From contig CACMKJ010000001.1 in NCBI GenBank assembly GCA_902614225.1, positions 12,032 through 76,031 of the forward strand: a stretch of 64,000 nucleotides of DNA. Direction: 5' to 3'. A program made the position numbers and the translations under genes. Within the stretch, counting starts at the first letter, position 1, and every line of letters starts with the position of its first letter. Origin of the DNA: Rhodospirillaceae bacterium. GTDB taxonomy: Bacteria > Pseudomonadota > Alphaproteobacteria > TMED109. The notes under the pieces were generated by a model, which did not search any database, was not told the origin of the DNA, and saw only the letters and a list, made by a program, of their open reading frames with translations. This document shows, in pieces, positions 38,145 through 48,375 of this stretch.

Positions 38145-40952
38145 ATGAGTGATAATAACAAATATAATTTAACTATGCTACTTCCTAAAACTGATTTTGG
38201 TATGAGAGGGAAACTTCCAACTGAAGAGGTTAAAATGATGGAGTTTTGGAATAATATAGAATTATGGAAAAAACTTAGAGAAAAATCAAAAAATAGAGAA
38301 AAGTTTATTCTCCATGATGGTCCTCCTTATGCAAATGGACCTATTCATATAGGTACCGCTGCCAATAAAATATTAAAAGATATTATAAATAGAACAATGC
38401 AATTTGAAGGCTATAATGCTTTATATGTTCCAGGCTGGGATTGTCACGGTTTACCAATAGAGTGGCAAATAGAAAAACAGTATAGAAAAAAAGGAAAAAA
38501 AAAAGAAGATATTGATATCAAAGATTTTAGAAATGAATGTAGAGAGTTTGCTCAAAAGTGGATTGAAGAACAGAAAAGCTCTTTTATTAGATTGTTCGTA
38601 TTAGCAGATTGGGATAAACCATATACTACAATGGCTTACGAGTCAGAAGCAATTATATTAAGAGAATTTAGTAAATTTTTTCTAAATGGTTCTTTATATC
38701 AAGGTTCAAAACCAGTAATGTGGTCACCTATAGAAAAAACTGCATTAGCAGAAGCAGAAATAGAGTATCATGATATTGATTCGACCTCCATTTATGTAGC
38801 CTTTAAAGTAAAAAATAGCCCAAATAAATTACTAGAAAATACCTCTGTAGTTATATGGACCACTACACCATGGACAATCCCAGGAAATAGGGCAATAGCA
38901 TTCAGAGATTCTGTTGATTACTGCATATTTAAAGTTCAAGAAAGTAAAAATAATCTTATTAAGGATAATAAATATTTAGTTGCAAAATCTTTATTAGAAG
39001 AAGTATGTGAAAAATGTAATATAAATAAGTTTGAGCTAGTTAAGGAAATAAAAGGAGAAGAATTAAATAATACAATATGCTATCATCCTTTTTCAAAAAT
39101 TGGATTTGATTATGATGTACCTCTTCTAAAAGCGACATTTGTAGAAGATAGTGAAGGTACAGGCTTTGTTCATATAGCTCCATGTTATGGAGAGGATGAC
39201 TATTATTTAGCCTTAGATAATAATATCGTGATAAAAGATATTGTTAAAGATGATGGCTGTTACAGAGACAATACTCCTGTATTTGCAGGAATTCATGTTT
39301 TTAAAGCACACTTAAGTGTTATAGAAAATCTAGAGGAACAAAACAAACTTTTGGGATCAAGAGAATACAGACACTCTTATCCTCACTCATGGAGGTCAAA
39401 AAAGCCTATTATTTATAGAACCACTCCACAATGGTTTATTAGTATGAAATCAAATAATTTAAAAGATAAGGCTATACAGGGTATTGAGGATACTACTTGG
39501 ATTCCTAAATCCTCTAAAAATAGAATACAAAGTATGGTTGAGAATAGACCAGATTGGTGTGTATCAAGACAAAGGGCATGGGGAGTACCATTGACGATTT
39601 TTATAAACAAAAATACAGGAGAGCCTTTAAAAGATGAAAAGGTTATGGAAAGAATAATAGAAGATGTAAAAAGAAAGGGGTCTGATGTTTGGTTGTCAGA
39701 GAATCCATTAAAATATTTAGAAAAGGATTATAACCCTGATGATTATTATGCAGTTAAAGATATACTAGATGTATGGTTTGACTCAGGCACCTCTCATGCT
39801 TTTGTATTAGAAAATAATAATCTTAGCTGGCCGGCAGACTTATATTTAGAAGGAACAGATCAGCATAGAGGTTTTTTTCAATCTTCTCTTTTAGCTGCAT
39901 GTGGAACAAGGGGTAGAGCTCCTTATAAAAGTGTTATAACTCATGGTTTTGTTCTAGATGGAAAAGGTAGAAAAATGTCTAAGAGCTTAGGTAATGTTAT
40001 AAATCCAGAGGACATAATAAAAAAATCAGGAGCAGATGTTTTAAGGTTATGGGCTGCAACAACTGATTATTCAGATGACATGAAGATAGGTGATGAAGTT
40101 TTATTAAATTTAAATGATAACTATAGAAGAATAAGAAATACTTTTAGGTTCATTTTAGGTAACCTAGGCAGCACAGAAATTGATTTTTCATTTAATTATT
40201 CTGAGTTAGAAGAAATTGATAAGTTTATATTGGCTAGGCTTTATGAACTTGAAAATGTTAGAAAAAAATCTTTAAATGAGTATGCTTTTCATATCTTTTA
40301 TAAAGCATTATTTGAATTTTGTTCAGTTGATTTATCTTCTTTTTATTTTGATATAAGCAAAGATATTTTGTATTGTAATGACATAGAAGATAATATTAGA
40401 ACAAATAAAATAAAAGTTTTATTTCAAATTTTAGAAAAGCTAACTACATGGTATGCTCCAGTATTATGTCATACAATGGAAGAGGTTTGGCAAAAATTTA
40501 AGACAGAGAATCTAGAAAGTGTGCACTTAAAAGTTTTTAAAAACCCTGACAATATTTGGAATAATATTGACCTGTTAGAAAAATGGGAAAATATTAAAAA
40601 AATAAGAAAAACAATTAATACAGCTATAGAAATAGCCAGAAATGAAAAAAAACTAGGATCAAGTTTAGAAGCTAATGTAGTGTTAATAACAAAAGAGAAA
40701 AGTATTTTAGAGTCCATTAAGAATATTGAAATGCATAATGTATGTATAATTTCTTCGTTTGTTCTATCAGATAATAAAGAAAATATAGAAAATAATTTTA
40801 TTTCTACGTTTTCTAATAAAGAAAAAAATGTAGAAGTTTTTGTTTACAAAACAAAATATGAAAAATGCTTGAGGTGTTGGCAATATAAAAAAGAAGTAAG
40901 CGCTAACAAAGGTTTATGTGAAAGATGTTTGCTTGTAATAAATAAAAATTAA
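38145..40952 (+). CDS. ileS: Isoleucine--tRNA ligase
   Basis: LHDGPPYANG, WTTTPWT, DWCVSRQR, KMSKS, C-terminal CxxC zinc finger. Confidence 0.98.
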   Translation: MSDNNKYNLTMLLPKTDFGMRGKLPTEEVKMMEFWNNIELWKKLREKSKNREKFILHDGPPYANGPIHIGTAANKILKDIINRTMQFEGYNALYVPGWDCHGLPIEWQIEKQYRKKGKKKEDIDIKDFRNECREFAQKWIEEQKSSFIRLFVLADWDKPYTTMAYESEAIILREFSKFFLNGSLYQGSKPVMWSPIEKTALAEAEIEYHDIDSTSIYVAFKVKNSPNKLLENTSVVIWTTTPWTIPGNRAIAFRDSVDYCIFKVQESKNNLIKDNKYLVAKSLLEEVCEKCNINKFELVKEIKGEELNNTICYHPFSKIGFDYDVPLLKATFVEDSEGTGFVHIAPCYGEDDYYLALDNNIVIKDIVKDDGCYRDNTPVFAGIHVFKAHLSVIENLEEQNKLLGSREYRHSYPHSWRSKKPIIYRTTPQWFISMKSNNLKDKAIQGIEDTTWIPKSSKNRIQSMVENRPDWCVSRQRAWGVPLTIFINKNTGEPLKDEKVMERIIEDVKRKGSDVWLSENPLKYLEKDYNPDDYYAVKDILDVWFDSGTSHAFVLENNNLSWPADLYLEGTDQHRGFFQSSLLAACGTRGRAPYKSVITHGFVLDGKGRKMSKSLGNVINPEDIIKKSGADVLRLWAATTDYSDDMKIGDEVLLNLNDNYRRIRNTFRFILGNLGSTEIDFSFNYSELEEIDKFILARLYELENVRKKSLNEYAFHIFYKALFEFCSVDLSSFYFDISKDILYCNDIEDNIRTNKIKVLFQILEKLTTWYAPVLCHTMEEVWQKFKTENLESVHLKVFKNPDNIWNNIDLLEKWENIKKIRKTINTAIEIARNEKKLGSSLEANVVLITKEKSILESIKNIEMHNVCIISSFVLSDNKENIENNFISTFSNKEKNVEVFVYKTKYEKCLRCWQYKKEVSANKGLCERCLLVINKN

Positions 40953-40959
40953 AAAAAGT

Positions 40960-41454
40960 ATGTGGAAGTCACTGAATTTAGTTAGGGTTATAGAAACGCT
41001 TTTGGCAATTATTTTTTTAGTCTTAATTGACCAATGTACGAAGATTTTTATTTCTAAAATAATGCTAAATAATAGATTTGAAGACATGCAATTATTATCT
41101 TTTTTAAATATTGTATTTGTAAGAAATACAGGCGTAAGTTTTGGTATGTTCAGTGAGTGGGGTATTTTAGGAAGGTATTTTTTCTCAATATTTTCAATAG
41201 TGATAGGAAGTTTTTTAATTTTGTTAGCAATTTTTTCTGACACAAAAGTGTTTAGAAGTAGTTTAGGTTTAATATCTTCTGGTGCCTTAGGGAATGCTAT
41301 AGATAGAGTTTATTTTGGAGGAGTAATAGACTTTATTGATTTTTTTATATATAATGTTCATTGGCCAGCTTTTAATTTTGCTGATATTTTCATAACTGTA
41401 GGAGTAATTCTTTTGTTGTTTGATAATATTTTTAATACAAAAAATGAAATTTAA
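40960..41454 (+). CDS. lspA: Lipoprotein signal peptidase II
   Basis: DQCTK, NTGVSFG, GALGNAIDR, VIDFI, FNFAD. Confidence 0.96.
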   Translation: MWKSLNLVRVIETLLAIIFLVLIDQCTKIFISKIMLNNRFEDMQLLSFLNIVFVRNTGVSFGMFSEWGILGRYFFSIFSIVIGSFLILLAIFSDTKVFRSSLGLISSGALGNAIDRVYFGGVIDFIDFFIYNVHWPAFNFADIFITVGVILLLFDNIFNTKNEI

Positions 41455-41797
41455 TTATTTATACCTTTTCTTATGTGCTATTTTAACACTGTTACTTATT
41501 TCTTGTTCTAACGAAAATCTTCAAAAAATTGGAATTACAAAAAAAAAAAATAATCAGTTTGCTGTTTCAAGAAAAGCACCTTTGGAAATGCCACCTGACA
41601 TGTTATTAAGGCCACCTAAATTAAAAAAAGAAACAAATAACTTAAGCTCAGAAGATGCCGAACTTAGCGTTGATGATATCCTAAATAACAAAGTCAATAA
41701 GAAGGATGAAGTAGAGGATGATAAAATGAAAAAAATATTAAAGGAAAAAAGAATTTTAAAGAAAATATTAAATACGAAATCCACTATACTAAATTAG
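41444..41797 (+). CDS. DUF3035-like lipoprotein
   Basis: Lipobox LISC; FAVSRKAPLEMPPD..LRPP; usual position after lspA. Confidence 0.75.
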   Translation: MKFNYLYLFLCAILTLLLISCSNENLQKIGITKKKNNQFAVSRKAPLEMPPDMLLRPPKLKKETNNLSSEDAELSVDDILNNKVNKKDEVEDDKMKKILKEKRILKKILNTKSTILN

Positions 41798-41813
41798 CTA
41801 GTAAAACTGAATT

Positions 41814-43055
41814 ATGTTAATTAAATTAAATGGATGGAAAAAATTAACAAATAATAAAACCTTAAGCGACTTAAATAATAAATTATTAAAAATAAAGAAA
41901 GGTATTAATAAAAGTACCAATGAGTTTAGCTTTTTAAGATCAAATAATAATAAAGAAATTTTTAGTAATCTAAAAAAATATAAAAAAAAATTCAATAAAA
42001 TAGATAGTTTTTTGTTAATAGGAACAGGAGGCTCTAGCTTAGGAGCTAAAGCTATAATTAGTTTATTTGGTGAAAAAAAAATAAATTTTATTGAAAATCT
42101 TGACCCATTAACATTAAAAAATTTTTTTAAAAACAATAAAAAAAATAATTTAGGGCTATTAATAATTAGCAAATCAGGTGAAACTTTGGAAGTACTATGC
42201 TTATTTGATATACTTATGAATAACTTCAAGAGTAACTTTGATTTAATAAATAAAACGTTAATTATTTCTGATAAAAAAAATTCTACATTAAGAAATATAG
42301 CTAATAAATACAATATAGATGTCTTAGACCATGATGAAACTATAGGAGGAAGATTTTCATGTTTTTCCTTAACAGGATTACTACCTATGTATTTGGCAGG
42401 AATAAATAGTATTAAATTAAAAAAGTTAGTGGATAAAAGTTTTAGAAAAGATTTATTAAGTAAAAATAATGTTAACAGTATTTTTATTACAGTTGTATCA
42501 CAAATAATTAGAAAAAAAGAAATCACAGGTCATATATTTTTAGTTTATTCGGATAATCTTATGAATGTTGGTAATTGGTATAAACAGTTATGGAATGAAT
42601 CCTTAGGCAAAAATGGTCTAGGATTACATCTTATCTCAGCATTAGGAGCAGTAGACCAACATAGTCAATTACAAATGTGGTTAGATGGGCCAAAGAACTT
42701 AATTTTTACTATAGTCATTCCAAAAAAAAGAACCCATGACTTTAAAGTAAAAAATAAGAAAAACATATTACCAACTTATTTGAATAATAAAAAAATGGGT
42801 GATTTGCTAAACATTATGGCAGAGTCAACCGCAGCCGAATTAAGGAAGGCAGGAGCATATATAAGAATAATATACATAGAAGATAATAAAGAAGAATCAG
42901 TAATAAAGCTCATGACTTTGTTTATGTTAGAAGTATCTTTAATAGGGAAGTTAATAGGAATTAATCCATTTGATCAACCTGCAGTAGAAAAGGTAAAATT
43001 TAGAGTTAAAAAAAATTTAAAGCATAATGCAAGAAATAAATTTATTACCACCTGA
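41814..43055 (+). CDS. pgi: Glucose-6-phosphate isomerase (short form)
   Basis: IGTGGSSLG, ISKSGETLE, GGRFS, QLWNESLGK, DQHS, NPFDQPAVEKVK. Confidence 0.88.
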   Translation: MLIKLNGWKKLTNNKTLSDLNNKLLKIKKGINKSTNEFSFLRSNNNKEIFSNLKKYKKKFNKIDSFLLIGTGGSSLGAKAIISLFGEKKINFIENLDPLTLKNFFKNNKKNNLGLLIISKSGETLEVLCLFDILMNNFKSNFDLINKTLIISDKKNSTLRNIANKYNIDVLDHDETIGGRFSCFSLTGLLPMYLAGINSIKLKKLVDKSFRKDLLSKNNVNSIFITVVSQIIRKKEITGHIFLVYSDNLMNVGNWYKQLWNESLGKNGLGLHLISALGAVDQHSQLQMWLDGPKNLIFTIVIPKKRTHDFKVKNKKNILPTYLNNKKMGDLLNIMAESTAAELRKAGAYIRIIYIEDNKEESVIKLMTLFMLEVSLIGKLIGINPFDQPAVEKVKFRVKKNLKHNARNKFITT

Positions 43056-44772
43056 GATTATAAATGAAATAGCTGCTGGAGAGGTTATTGAAAGGCCTGT
43101 TGCTGTAGTAAAGGAATTAATAGAAAACTCTATTGACGCGAGAGCAAGTAAAATAACAGTCAGTATAGAGGAAGGTGGTATATCTAAAATAGTAGTATCA
43201 GATAATGGTATAGGTATTAATAAAAAGTATTTAGAAACATCTGTAGGTAGACATACAACGTCAAAATTGAATATGTGCACTCTTACTAATATTATAACCT
43301 TAGGTTTTAGAGGAGAAGCTTTGCACTCTATTAGCAATGCCTCAGAGTTTACTATGATTAGTAGAACCAAAGATTCTACTGAGGCCTATGAGTTAAAAGT
43401 TATATTTGGCAAATTATTTAGTATAAAGCCGTCAAAAGGAAATGTAGGTACACTTATTAAAGTAGAAAATATATTTAGAAACCTTCCAGTAAGGAAAAAG
43501 TTTTTAAAATCAGAAAACTCTGAAAGTCTTGCAATAAGAAATTTCATTAAAAAAATTTCTTTAGCATATCCTCATGTTTCATTTATTCTAGTAGAAAATA
43601 AAAAAGTTAAACTTGAGCTTGTAAGCACAATAAATAATGAAAAATTAAAAAAAAGAGTACTAGAAATATATGGAAAAGATTTTTATAAAAGTTCTCTTTA
43701 TATAGAAAAAAAGTTTGAAAGTTTTAATATCAAAATGTTTGTTAGTATTCCAACTTTTAATAAATCTAATTGGAACTTAACAACTATTATTATTAATGGC
43801 AGAATTATAAAAGATAAATTACTGTTAGGTGTTTTTAAAGCTGCTTACTCAGGCTTATTGGCTGGTAATAGATTTCCAGTAGTTCTTTTATATTTAAATA
43901 TTGACTCTACTAATCTAGATATTAATGTACATCCTACAAAATCTGAAGTTAGAATTCTAAATAGAAATATTATTAATTCTTCCATAATAAAAATTATTAG
44001 AAATAAGTTACAAGAGACTGGGTTAAAGTTTTCTGTAGAAGCAGAAAAATATTTAATAAGTAAAATGAAAACAAATATACAAGCAAACTTCAATGAAAAA
44101 CTAATAAATAAAAAAGAAAACCTATTTCAATATGAGAAGATACAAAAAGATAATAATAACGCTGAAAATAAAGTTAATAAAATAATAACTTATACAAACC
44201 AGCTAGGGTATGCTAAAGCTCAAATTAATAATATGTTTATAGTGTCTCAAACTAATGATAGTTTGATACTTATAGATCAACATGCTGCACATGAAAGAAT
44301 AGTTTTAGAAAATTTAAAGAAAAACTATAAAAAAAGAAAAATTTTAAAACAAGTTTTGCTTCTCCCAGAAATAGTTAATATAGATGAAGGTAAGCACTTA
44401 TTACTTAAAAACAAAAAAGCTATAAGTGAATTAGGGTTTGAATTTGATGATTATGGTGAAAATTCAATAATAGTAAGAGAAATTCCAGCTATTTTAGGTA
44501 AAATAAACATAGATAGCTTATTTCAAGATTTAAAAGAACAAATTAATGTTTTGGGTGAGATTAATCCAGAAGACTCAGGTATAGAAAGGATTTTGTCTAG
44601 TATTGCATGCCATAATAGCGTTAGGGCCGGAAAAAAACTAAATATTGAGGAAATGAATTCAATATTAAGGTTAATGGAAAAGACCCCTAATTCTTCGCAA
44701 TGTAATCATGGAAGACCAACATTTGTAGAACTAAGATTAAAAGATGTTGAAGCGTTATTTGGTAGAACTTAG
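43027..44772 (+). CDS. mutL: DNA mismatch repair endonuclease MutL
   Basis: IAAGEVIERP, GFRGEAL, DINVHPTK, DQHAAHERIVLE, CNHGRP. Confidence 0.97.
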   Translation: MQEINLLPPEIINEIAAGEVIERPVAVVKELIENSIDARASKITVSIEEGGISKIVVSDNGIGINKKYLETSVGRHTTSKLNMCTLTNIITLGFRGEALHSISNASEFTMISRTKDSTEAYELKVIFGKLFSIKPSKGNVGTLIKVENIFRNLPVRKKFLKSENSESLAIRNFIKKISLAYPHVSFILVENKKVKLELVSTINNEKLKKRVLEIYGKDFYKSSLYIEKKFESFNIKMFVSIPTFNKSNWNLTTIIINGRIIKDKLLLGVFKAAYSGLLAGNRFPVVLLYLNIDSTNLDINVHPTKSEVRILNRNIINSSIIKIIRNKLQETGLKFSVEAEKYLISKMKTNIQANFNEKLINKKENLFQYEKIQKDNNNAENKVNKIITYTNQLGYAKAQINNMFIVSQTNDSLILIDQHAAHERIVLENLKKNYKKRKILKQVLLLPEIVNIDEGKHLLLKNKKAISELGFEFDDYGENSIIVREIPAILGKINIDSLFQDLKEQINVLGEINPEDSGIERILSSIACHNSVRAGKKLNIEEMNSILRLMEKTPNSSQCNHGRPTFVELRLKDVEALFGRT

Positions 44773-45323
44773 AGAAATTTAAGGAAGGTAATTAGAGTGT
44801 TCCCATATTTTTTTTGTGTTGATATATATTGATTTAAATATTTATCATATTTATAATTTTTATTTGTTTCACTTATGATTATTGCGCCTTTTTTTAAAGC
44901 TTTTTCATCTAGTATTTTCTTTATAGCTAAATTTGTAAAGTTTTTTAAGTAAGGTGGGTCCAAATAAACTATAAAATATTCATTTTTAGTGAGGCTTGTA
45001 TTAAAAAAATCATCATTAATTAGATTTACTTTTTTTTTGATATTTAGTTCCTCGACATTTTTTTGTAGATTTTCAAATATAGCACTATCAGATTCAATCA
45101 AAGTAGCCTTGTTAATATTTCTAGAAAGACCTTCAATAGCAACAATACCTGACCCAGAAAAAGCATCCAATAAGTGCACCTTGGTAGACCAGCTACTCAT
45201 CATATATTTATTAACTAAAATATTAAATACAGCATTTCTAATTTTATTAGATGTCGGTCGAAGTTTATGACTTTTTAGTGTATGTATTTTTTTAAATTTA
45301 TATATGCCTGTGGTTATTTTCAT
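44769..45323 (-). CDS. rsmD: 16S rRNA m2G966 methyltransferase
   Basis: LRPT, LDAFSGSG, EGLSR, YLDPPY, KYG. Confidence 0.9.
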   Translation of the reverse strand: MKITTGIYKFKKIHTLKSHKLRPTSNKIRNAVFNILVNKYMMSSWSTKVHLLDAFSGSGIVAIEGLSRNINKATLIESDSAIFENLQKNVEELNIKKKVNLINDDFFNTSLTKNEYFIVYLDPPYLKNFTNLAIKKILDEKALKKGAIIISETNKNYKYDKYLNQYISTQKKYGNTLITFLKFL

Positions 45324-45874
45324 AGATTAATTAAATTTAACTTAAAAGGACTAATTAATTTTAAATCACCTGATTTTAATGATGATAATTTTATTGGACC
45401 ATATTGTATCCTTATTAATTTATTTACACTAAACCCTAGTCTCTTAAAAATTTTACGAATATGATTGTTTTTACCTTCGTCAAGTTTTATTAATACCCAA
45501 GAATAAGACCTAGTAGTACTTATAATTTTAATGCTTTTAACTCCGTATTTTAGTTTATTAATAATCAATCCTTTTTCTATTTTTTTAATTATTTGTAAAT
45601 CAATAATACCTTGCACTTTTACTTTATAAATTCTAATAATTTTATTTGATGGAGACTCTAAATAGTGCTTAATTTTAGTATTATTGGTAAGCAAAAGAAG
45701 TCCTTGAGAATTATAGTCTAATCTTCCTACTGAATGAATTTTTCCCTTAATGGTTTGAAAGGTTTTTTTCGGTATAAGATCAATAGCTCTCTTCCTATTA
45801 AATTGATCTTTGTGAGTGCAAATAAATCCTTTTGGTTTATTAAGTGCTACCAAAATTGTCTTATCTTTTAACAT
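45320..45874 (-). CDS. RsuA/RluB/E/F family pseudouridine synthase lacking an S4 domain
   Basis: NKPKG, VGRLDYNSQGLLLLTN, EGKN, LIRIQYG; ATG at 45874 overlaps the upstream gene end. Confidence 0.88.
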   Translation of the reverse strand: MLKDKTILVALNKPKGFICTHKDQFNRKRAIDLIPKKTFQTIKGKIHSVGRLDYNSQGLLLLTNNTKIKHYLESPSNKIIRIYKVKVQGIIDLQIIKKIEKGLIINKLKYGVKSIKIISTTRSYSWVLIKLDEGKNNHIRKIFKRLGFSVNKLIRIQYGPIKLSSLKSGDLKLISPFKLNLINL

Positions 45875-46589
45875 TATTTTTGGCAACCTCTAGAAATTTT
45901 TTGTAAACTTGTTTATCGCTTTGCTCTATTAAAAACTCTGGGTGCCACTGTAAACCAATACAAAAATTTAGATTTTTATCTTCTATACCTTCAATTATAC
46001 CATCTGAAGCTACAGCATTAACATTTAATCCAGAACCTACCCTTTTTACGGCTTGATGATGAGCACTATTTACATTTATTTTTCTTTTTTTAATTATTTT
46101 ACTCAGGAATGTATTTTTCTTAATATTAACAGTATGACTGGTTTGATTTCTTGGGTTAGGTTGTTCATGTTTTATACTGGTATCAACCTCTTTATTGATA
46201 TCTTGTATTAAACTGCCACCATAAATCACATTTATCAGTTGTTGTCCTCCACATATTCCCAATAGCGGAAGATTTTTTTTTAATACTTTATTACATAATC
46301 TAATTTCATATTCAGTTCTATCTTCTTTAGTAACAACAGTTTTAAATTTTGTTTTTTCAGAAAAATAAGAGGGATTAATATCAAAGGCTCCTCCAGTTAT
46401 AATAAATCCATCTAATTTTTCTATTATTGTATTTATAGAATTTATATCATAAACTAATGGTATTGGTATGCCGCCCATATTAGATATAGCACTACAATAA
46501 TTCTGGCGTATGGCATACCAAGGAAACTTTGAATATGATTTATTATTTTCTAGATCTAATGTTAATCCTATTAATGGTTTTTTTTTCAT
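45861..46589 (-). CDS. Gamma-glutamyl-gamma-aminobutyrate hydrolase family (peptidase C26, PuuD-like)
   Basis: KPLIG, GGAFDI, LGICGGQQ, VNSAHHQ, GLQWHPE; ATG at 46589 preferred. Confidence 0.9.
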   Translation of the reverse strand: MKKKPLIGLTLDLENNKSYSKFPWYAIRQNYCSAISNMGGIPIPLVYDINSINTIIEKLDGFIITGGAFDINPSYFSEKTKFKTVVTKEDRTEYEIRLCNKVLKKNLPLLGICGGQQLINVIYGGSLIQDINKEVDTSIKHEQPNPRNQTSHTVNIKKNTFLSKIIKKRKINVNSAHHQAVKRVGSGLNVNAVASDGIIEGIEDKNLNFCIGLQWHPEFLIEQSDKQVYKKFLEVAKNNVKR

Positions 46590-46618
46590 AAAATATCTTA
46601 ATATTAAAATTAAATATA

Positions 46619-47068
46619 TTGAAACTATCACAAATAATAAAAGTAGCATACCTAGAGTCAGAAAAAGCTCTAAAAAAAAATGAAGTGCCAGTTGGAGCAG
46701 TAATCTTTAATGATAACAAAATTATTTCAAAAGCACATAATTTAGTAATAAAAAATAATGATCCTTTAGCTCATGCTGAGTATATAGCAATTAAAAAGGC
46801 AGTAAAAAAATTAAAAACCAATAACTTAAAAGGTTATAAAATATATAGTTCTCTTGAGCCTTGTATTTTTTGTAGTTATGCAATATCTAAATATCTTATT
46901 AGCTCAATTTATTTTGGTTTACATGATGATAATAATTTAGGAGTAAAAAATGGAATAAAAATATTTCATGAAAACTTTAAAGGGTTTAAGCCCGATATTT
47001 ATGGAGGTATAGGAGAAGAAATGTTTTCAGGGCTATTTAAGAAGTTTTTTAAAAATTTAAGAAAATAA
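46619..47068 (+). CDS. tadA: tRNA adenosine deaminase TadA-like nucleoside deaminase
   Basis: EVPVGA, HAE, LEPCIFC. Confidence 0.8.
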   Translation: MKLSQIIKVAYLESEKALKKNEVPVGAVIFNDNKIISKAHNLVIKNNDPLAHAEYIAIKKAVKKLKTNNLKGYKIYSSLEPCIFCSYAISKYLISSIYFGLHDDNNLGVKNGIKIFHENFKGFKPDIYGGIGEEMFSGLFKKFFKNLRK

Positions 47069-47070
47069 AA

Positions 47071-48321
47071 TCAATCTCCTATATCTTTTCGGTAAAAAAG
47101 ATTAGAACATTTAATACTTGTAATCAGTTTGTAAGCCTCTGCTTTAGCCTTTTCTACTGTTTGCTGTTTTGAAATTATATTGAGAACTCTACCACCATTA
47201 GTAACTAACTCTTTATTTTTGTTAAGTTTAGTACCCGCGTGAAAAACCATATTATTACCATTAACTTTATCTATACCTTTAATAGAAAAACCTGACTTAT
47301 AACTCTCAGGATATCCTTTACTTGCCATCACAATACAGATACTTTTTTTTGCACTAATTTTTATTTGTATATCTTTAAGCTTTTGTTCTTCTGTAGCAAT
47401 ACAAATATCTAAAAAGTTACTAGCTAATCGAGCAATTAACGCCTGACACTCAGGATCACCTAACCTAATATTATATTCTATTAAAAAGACATCAGACTTA
47501 GTAAACATGAGACCAGCATACAATATGCCCTTGAAAGGATAGCCTAAAAAATTCATAGCTTTTATTGTTGGTTCAATAAATTTTTTATTAATTAATTTGA
47601 TATTTTTTTCATTTTCATATGATGAGGGAGATATACATCCCATTCCACCAGTATTAAGCCCAGTATTATTTTCGCCAACTCTTTTATAATCTTGAGCGCT
47701 CCCTATGAATTTTGAGGAATTACCATCAACTACATAAAAAAAGCTTGCTTCTTTACCTGTAAGTTTTTTTTCTACAATAATCTTTGAATTACTATCCCCT
47801 ATTTTACCTTGTTCTACTTTTTTTAAAAAGCTTTTAGCATCTTCAAAGCTTTTTGCAACTAATACTCCTTTGCCTGCAGCAAGCTTATCTAGTTTTATCA
47901 CAATAGGAAAATTTAAATTTCTAATTTTTTTCAGAGCTATTTTTGAATTTTTAAAAACTTCCCATTTAGCAGTATTGATGTTTCCTAGTTTGCAAATTTG
48001 TTTTGTAAAAATTTTTGATGACTCTAAAAGAGCACTTTTTTTTGAAGGCCCAAAAACTTTTATGCCATTAAGCCTAAGATAGTCGCCTACTCCCTTTGCT
48101 AAAAATTCTTCTGATCCAGGTATTACTAAGTTTATTTTTTTTTTGATACAAAAGTCTAGTATACTCTGATTATCATCTGTATTTAAGTTTGAAAATTTAG
48201 CAATTCTATTAATTCCAGCATTACCAGGCATACACCATAAATTAGAAATTTTTTTAGACTTTTTTAGATTATAGCATAATGAATGCTCTCTTCCACCTTT
48301 TCCTAAAACGAGTACATTCAT
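47071..48321 (-). CDS. purD: Phosphoribosylamine--glycine ligase
   Basis: GGREH, PGNAG, LAAGKGV, QDYKR, NTGGMG, RLGDPE, GGRVL; ATG at 48321 preferred. Confidence 0.97.
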   Translation of the reverse strand: MNVLVLGKGGREHSLCYNLKKSKKISNLWCMPGNAGINRIAKFSNLNTDDNQSILDFCIKKKINLVIPGSEEFLAKGVGDYLRLNGIKVFGPSKKSALLESSKIFTKQICKLGNINTAKWEVFKNSKIALKKIRNLNFPIVIKLDKLAAGKGVLVAKSFEDAKSFLKKVEQGKIGDSNSKIIVEKKLTGKEASFFYVVDGNSSKFIGSAQDYKRVGENNTGLNTGGMGCISPSSYENEKNIKLINKKFIEPTIKAMNFLGYPFKGILYAGLMFTKSDVFLIEYNIRLGDPECQALIARLASNFLDICIATEEQKLKDIQIKISAKKSICIVMASKGYPESYKSGFSIKGIDKVNGNNMVFHAGTKLNKNKELVTNGGRVLNIISKQQTVEKAKAEAYKLITSIKCSNLFYRKDIGD

Positions 48322-48375
48322 ATTTTCTAATTTCTCCAATTTATGATAAACTAATAATTACAGTTAACTTCAATT

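Noticed and set aside
41798-42526. 242-aa ORF antisense to pgi
   Set aside because: It mirrors the Lys/Asn codons of pgi, has no motif, and the + strand carries all the PGI catalytic motifs.
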